A stretch of DNA of 64,000 nt from Desulfatiglandales bacterium (GTDB taxonomy: Bacteria > Desulfobacterota > DSM-4660 > Desulfatiglandales > Desulfatiglandaceae). Positions 61,336 through 64,000 of the stretch are shown one piece after another. Where the stretch lies: contig OY759599.1 in NCBI GenBank assembly GCA_963662465.1, positions 8,097,626 to 8,161,625 of the forward strand, written 5' to 3'. How positions within the stretch are numbered: the first letter of the stretch is position 1; the number at the start of each line of letters is the position of its first letter. The translations under genes were made by a program, and so were the position numbers. Under the pieces are notes generated by a model. The model searched no databases, was not told where the DNA came from, and saw only the letters and a list, made by a program, of their open reading frames with translations.

Positions 61336-61593
61336 GCGTGGCCGTCCTTTCATTCGACGTTTGGTATTGTTGAGGCGGTGGAGGGGGGGAGGTTTCCGGA
61401 TAGAGGCGATCCCGGTGAAATACGCTTCGCTGTCACTATCATGAGTTTCACGGGACGAGTGATGACGGTGCATCCGCAGCGTTGGACGGATGATCCGGTG
61501 GCGTGGACGAAGGAGCTGGTTTGGCAGAATTGTAAGAATTTAGTGAAACGTATTGTTGTTCGCAGATTACGATCCGCAGATTACGCCGATTGA
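61336..61593 (+). pseudogene. Divergent 3' duplicate of the deacetylase-like gene with a hairpin insert
   Basis: WPSFHSTF...GRFPD[insert]VMTVHPQRWTDDP..WTKELV; shorter copies at about 54325 and 57598. Confidence 0.8.
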
Positions 61594-61642
61594 CGCAGAT
61601 TAAAGTTCTTGCGCAAAAAATGCAAAGAATAAGAAGAAATTA

Positions 61643-62860
61643 ATGTCAAGAAATGAATATAGGGTCTTTCTTGTGGTGGGTGCGCGGCCGAATTTTATGA
61701 AGATTGCGCCGATTGTCAGAGCGCTTAAAGCACAAAGCGATCCGCAGATTACGCCGATTACACAGATTGATTGGAAGATTGTGCACACCGGGCAGCATTA
61801 TGATTATGAAATGTCGCAGGCGTTCTTCGATGATTTGAAGATTCCCAAACCCGATCATTTCCTGGAGGCGGGGCCGGGGAGCCATGCGGAGCAGACGGCC
61901 AGGATTATGGTCAGTTTTGAGAAGCTTTGCGAGCAGGAGCGGCCGGATCTGGTTGTGGGCGATGTCAATTCCACCCTGGCGTGCTCCGTGGTGTCCAAAA
62001 AGATCGGCATTGAAGTGGCCCACGTGGAGGCCGGGTTGCGGAGCTTTGATCTGTCCATGCCCGAGGAAATCAACCGGATGGTGACGGACGCTATAGCGGA
62101 TTATTTTTTTGTGACGGAGCGAAGCGGGGTAGAGAACCTCAAAAAAGAAGGAAAGCCCGAAGACCGGATCTTTTTTGTCGGGCATGTGATGATTGATAAT
62201 CTCTTGCATCAGCTGGAGGAAGTCCGCACGAATCATTTTCCTTTTGAGCATCGGGCGCTGAAGGATAGTCTTGACGAGTATATTTTCATGACGCTGCACC
62301 GGCCCGCCAACGTGGATGACAAGGAAATTCTTAGCGGGATCGCGGGGACTTTGGCCCGCGTGGCAAAGCATGTGCCCGTCATTTTTCCGGCACATCCCAG
62401 AACCGGGAAGATGCTGGCGCATTTCGGGATTGAGCTGCCGGAAAATATTCATCGGCTGCCGCCTTTGGGGTTTCGAGAGTCCTTGTACCTGTGGAAAGAT
62501 GCCAAAATGGTGATCACCGACAGCGGGGGGCTGCAGGAAGAGACCACGGCCCTGGGTGTTCCCTGCCTGACGTTGAGGGAAAATACCGAGAGACCGGTCA
62601 CGGTAACGGAAGGGACGAATCAGCTGGTGACGGTTAATGATCTCGAGGACCGGGTACTGGAAATCCTGGCGGGAAGAGGAAAAAAGGGTCGGGTGCCGGA
62701 GTTGTGGGACGGAAGAGCGGCGGAGCGGATTGTGGGGGTTTTGGCGGAAATTTCACAGAGGTCGGATGTCGGATGTCGGAGGGCCGGAAGTAGGTGGTTA
62801 GAAGCGTTAGGCGTGCCCTTTTCCCCTAGAGCTTTTCTGTTGTTTATGGATAAAATATAG
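61643..62860 (+). CDS. wecB: UDP-N-acetylglucosamine 2-epimerase (non-hydrolysing)
   Basis: GARPNFMK, HTGQHYD, HVEAGLRS, TDSGGLQEE, TERP and WDG.A..RI motifs; repeat-derived insert and tail. Confidence 0.92.
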   Translation: MSRNEYRVFLVVGARPNFMKIAPIVRALKAQSDPQITPITQIDWKIVHTGQHYDYEMSQAFFDDLKIPKPDHFLEAGPGSHAEQTARIMVSFEKLCEQERPDLVVGDVNSTLACSVVSKKIGIEVAHVEAGLRSFDLSMPEEINRMVTDAIADYFFVTERSGVENLKKEGKPEDRIFFVGHVMIDNLLHQLEEVRTNHFPFEHRALKDSLDEYIFMTLHRPANVDDKEILSGIAGTLARVAKHVPVIFPAHPRTGKMLAHFGIELPENIHRLPPLGFRESLYLWKDAKMVITDSGGLQEETTALGVPCLTLRENTERPVTVTEGTNQLVTVNDLEDRVLEILAGRGKKGRVPELWDGRAAERIVGVLAEISQRSDVGCRRAGSRWLEALGVPFSPRAFLLFMDKI

Positions 62861-62914
62861 AAAAGCCAAACCAAATATGATCATTATCAACCCACCTAAG
62901 ATGACAGAATACAT
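62807..62914 (-). CDS. 35-aa single-TM peptide
   Basis: ATG directly follows the TAG of 62915-63112 with GGAGG upstream; MYSVILGGLIMIIFGLAFLYFIHKQQKSSRGKGHA. Confidence 0.5.
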   Translation of the reverse strand: MYSVILGGLIMIIFGLAFLYFIHKQQKSSRGKGHA

Positions 62915-63112
62915 CTATGCCTCCTTTTCGATAAATATGGCTAATAAATATACGAAAACAGAAATAATTACGCCTAAAAAAACCAATATCGGGTTTATTT
63001 TAAGTTGATGAAACAAAGGTGCAATGACTGAAGTGGCGAAAATGATCTTGCCAGTATCAGTTAGAATGTCTGCAATCCTTTTCTTTTGTTTTTCGTTCAG
63101 AATCATAGCCAT
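62915..63112 (-). CDS. Small two-TM membrane protein
   Basis: Two hydrophobic segments; same architecture as 17602-17778. Confidence 0.6.
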   Translation of the reverse strand: MAMILNEKQKKRIADILTDTGKIIFATSVIAPLFHQLKINPILVFLGVIISVFVYLLAIFIEKEA

Positions 63113-63218
63113 TCGCTTTCCATTTCTTTAACTTTATACTCAGATTGGAGTTGTGTCAATTTAAAAAGAAGCTTCTGGACGGAGGGCTGAGGTCGGAGGT
63201 CGGAGGACGGAGGACAGT

Positions 63219-63415
63219 GTTGAGTTTTGGGTTTTGAGTTTTGAGTTGAAGGGAAAGGGCGGAAGACAGTTTTGAGTTTTGGGTTTTGAGTTTTGAGTTG
63301 AAGGGAAAGGGCGGAAGACAGTTTTGAGTTTTGGGTTTTGAGTTTTGAGTTGAAGGGAAAGGGCAGAAGATAGTTTTGAGTTTTGGGTTTTGGGTTTTGA
63401 GTTGAAGGGAAAGGA
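63219..63415 (+). repeat. 4 x 52-bp tandem array built on TTTTG(A/G)G heptamers
   Basis: GAAGGGAAA core at 63248, 63300, 63352 and 63404. Confidence 0.9.
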
Positions 63416-63495
63416 CGGAGGACGGAGGGCGGAAGACAGAGGTCGGAGGGCCTCTCCCTACTGGGCATGGAGATATGGAGGCAGCGTCTCAGGGT

Positions 63496-63861
63496 CTAGT
63501 CGATCTCGAGTACCAGCTTAAGGGCTTCGACAACCTCTTCCATTCGGCGTGGCGGCATTGTGCCAACCAACTGGGGTTTTTTTGTCTTAGGATCGTAAAA
63601 TCTTTTAGGATCCAGGGAGCGCATCTGGAAACAGAGAAATACTGTATCTTTGGGAAGGCCCGTCTCAGCTGATGGCACACGTACATTTGTGGGGTAGTCT
63701 CTTGGCACATTCCGCGCATCTGTGCCCACTACAACTGAAACAACGAGCGGTTGTTTATTTATGGCGTCGCTTGATATCACGAGGACTGGTCTGCGGCCCG
63801 CCTGCTCCCGACCTTTAATCGGGTTCAAATTTACCAGATAAATTCCGCCGCGCTTGATCAT
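63496..63861 (-). CDS. mazF: MazF/PemK toxin
   Basis: LNP..GREQAG.RPVLVIS and QMRSLD..R motifs. Confidence 0.9.
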   Translation of the reverse strand: MIKRGGIYLVNLNPIKGREQAGRRPVLVISSDAINKQPLVVSVVVGTDARNVPRDYPTNVRVPSAETGLPKDTVFLCFQMRSLDPKRFYDPKTKKPQLVGTMPPRRMEEVVEALKLVLEID

Positions 63862-64000
63862 AATTCACAAACCATCGTTTTCCGCTTCCGTAAACTCCTC
63901 GGACAAAACAGAACACACATCCCGGATTGCAGGGTCATCGGCCATTTCAGCCATAGCTGTTTCAAATTGATATTTTTTTTGACGTTTTGTGAAATCGATC
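63858..64000 (-). CDS. C-terminal part of the cognate antitoxin (runs off the window)
   Basis: Reads ...AMAEMADDPAI...EEFTEAENDGL* overlapping the mazF start. Confidence 0.6.
   Translation of the reverse strand, partial: SISQNVKKNINLKQLWLKWPMTLQSGMCVLFCPRSLRKRKTMVCEL

Noticed and set aside
1..64000. tRNA or rRNA genes (prompted by the 23S IVP-family protein)
   Set aside because: No rRNA- or tRNA-like sequence recognised.

Overview
A roughly 58 kb surface-polysaccharide (O-antigen/EPS) locus, probably from a deltaproteobacterium (Desulfobacterota-like; inferred from the gene families only). It is preceded by the right part of an IS21 element and an intact IS701/IS4-superfamily element. The locus has three zones. 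(i) Left flank, about 5.8-26.6 kb: conserved nucleotide-sugar genes (wbpB-wbpD fusion, wbpE-like aminotransferase, UDP-sugar dehydrogenase) are re-copied many times as divergent 5' or 3' fragments, spliced at short tandem-repeat motifs and interleaved with toxin-antitoxin/defence cassettes, including a CmdTAC-like ART toxin-antitoxin-SecB triad and a GxxExxY gene. (ii) Core, about 26.7-49.6 kb, essentially free of repeats: VioA-like aminotransferase, an unusual 8-gene acyl/phosphonate-like modification cluster with no PEP mutase, wzx, glycosyltransferases, MBOAT, wzy-like gene. (iii) Right flank, about 49.6-64 kb: the same repeat families mostly in the opposite orientation, an 11 x 105-bp array fused to a four-helix-bundle gene, an IS91-family element, Rpn, more TA pairs and wecB. 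The main candidate for an undescribed system is a repeat-delimited cassette-accretion architecture, polarised around the variable core, with no integrase visible in the window. All calls come from reading the sequence; no database searches were run, and mis-assembly of strain variants cannot be excluded.
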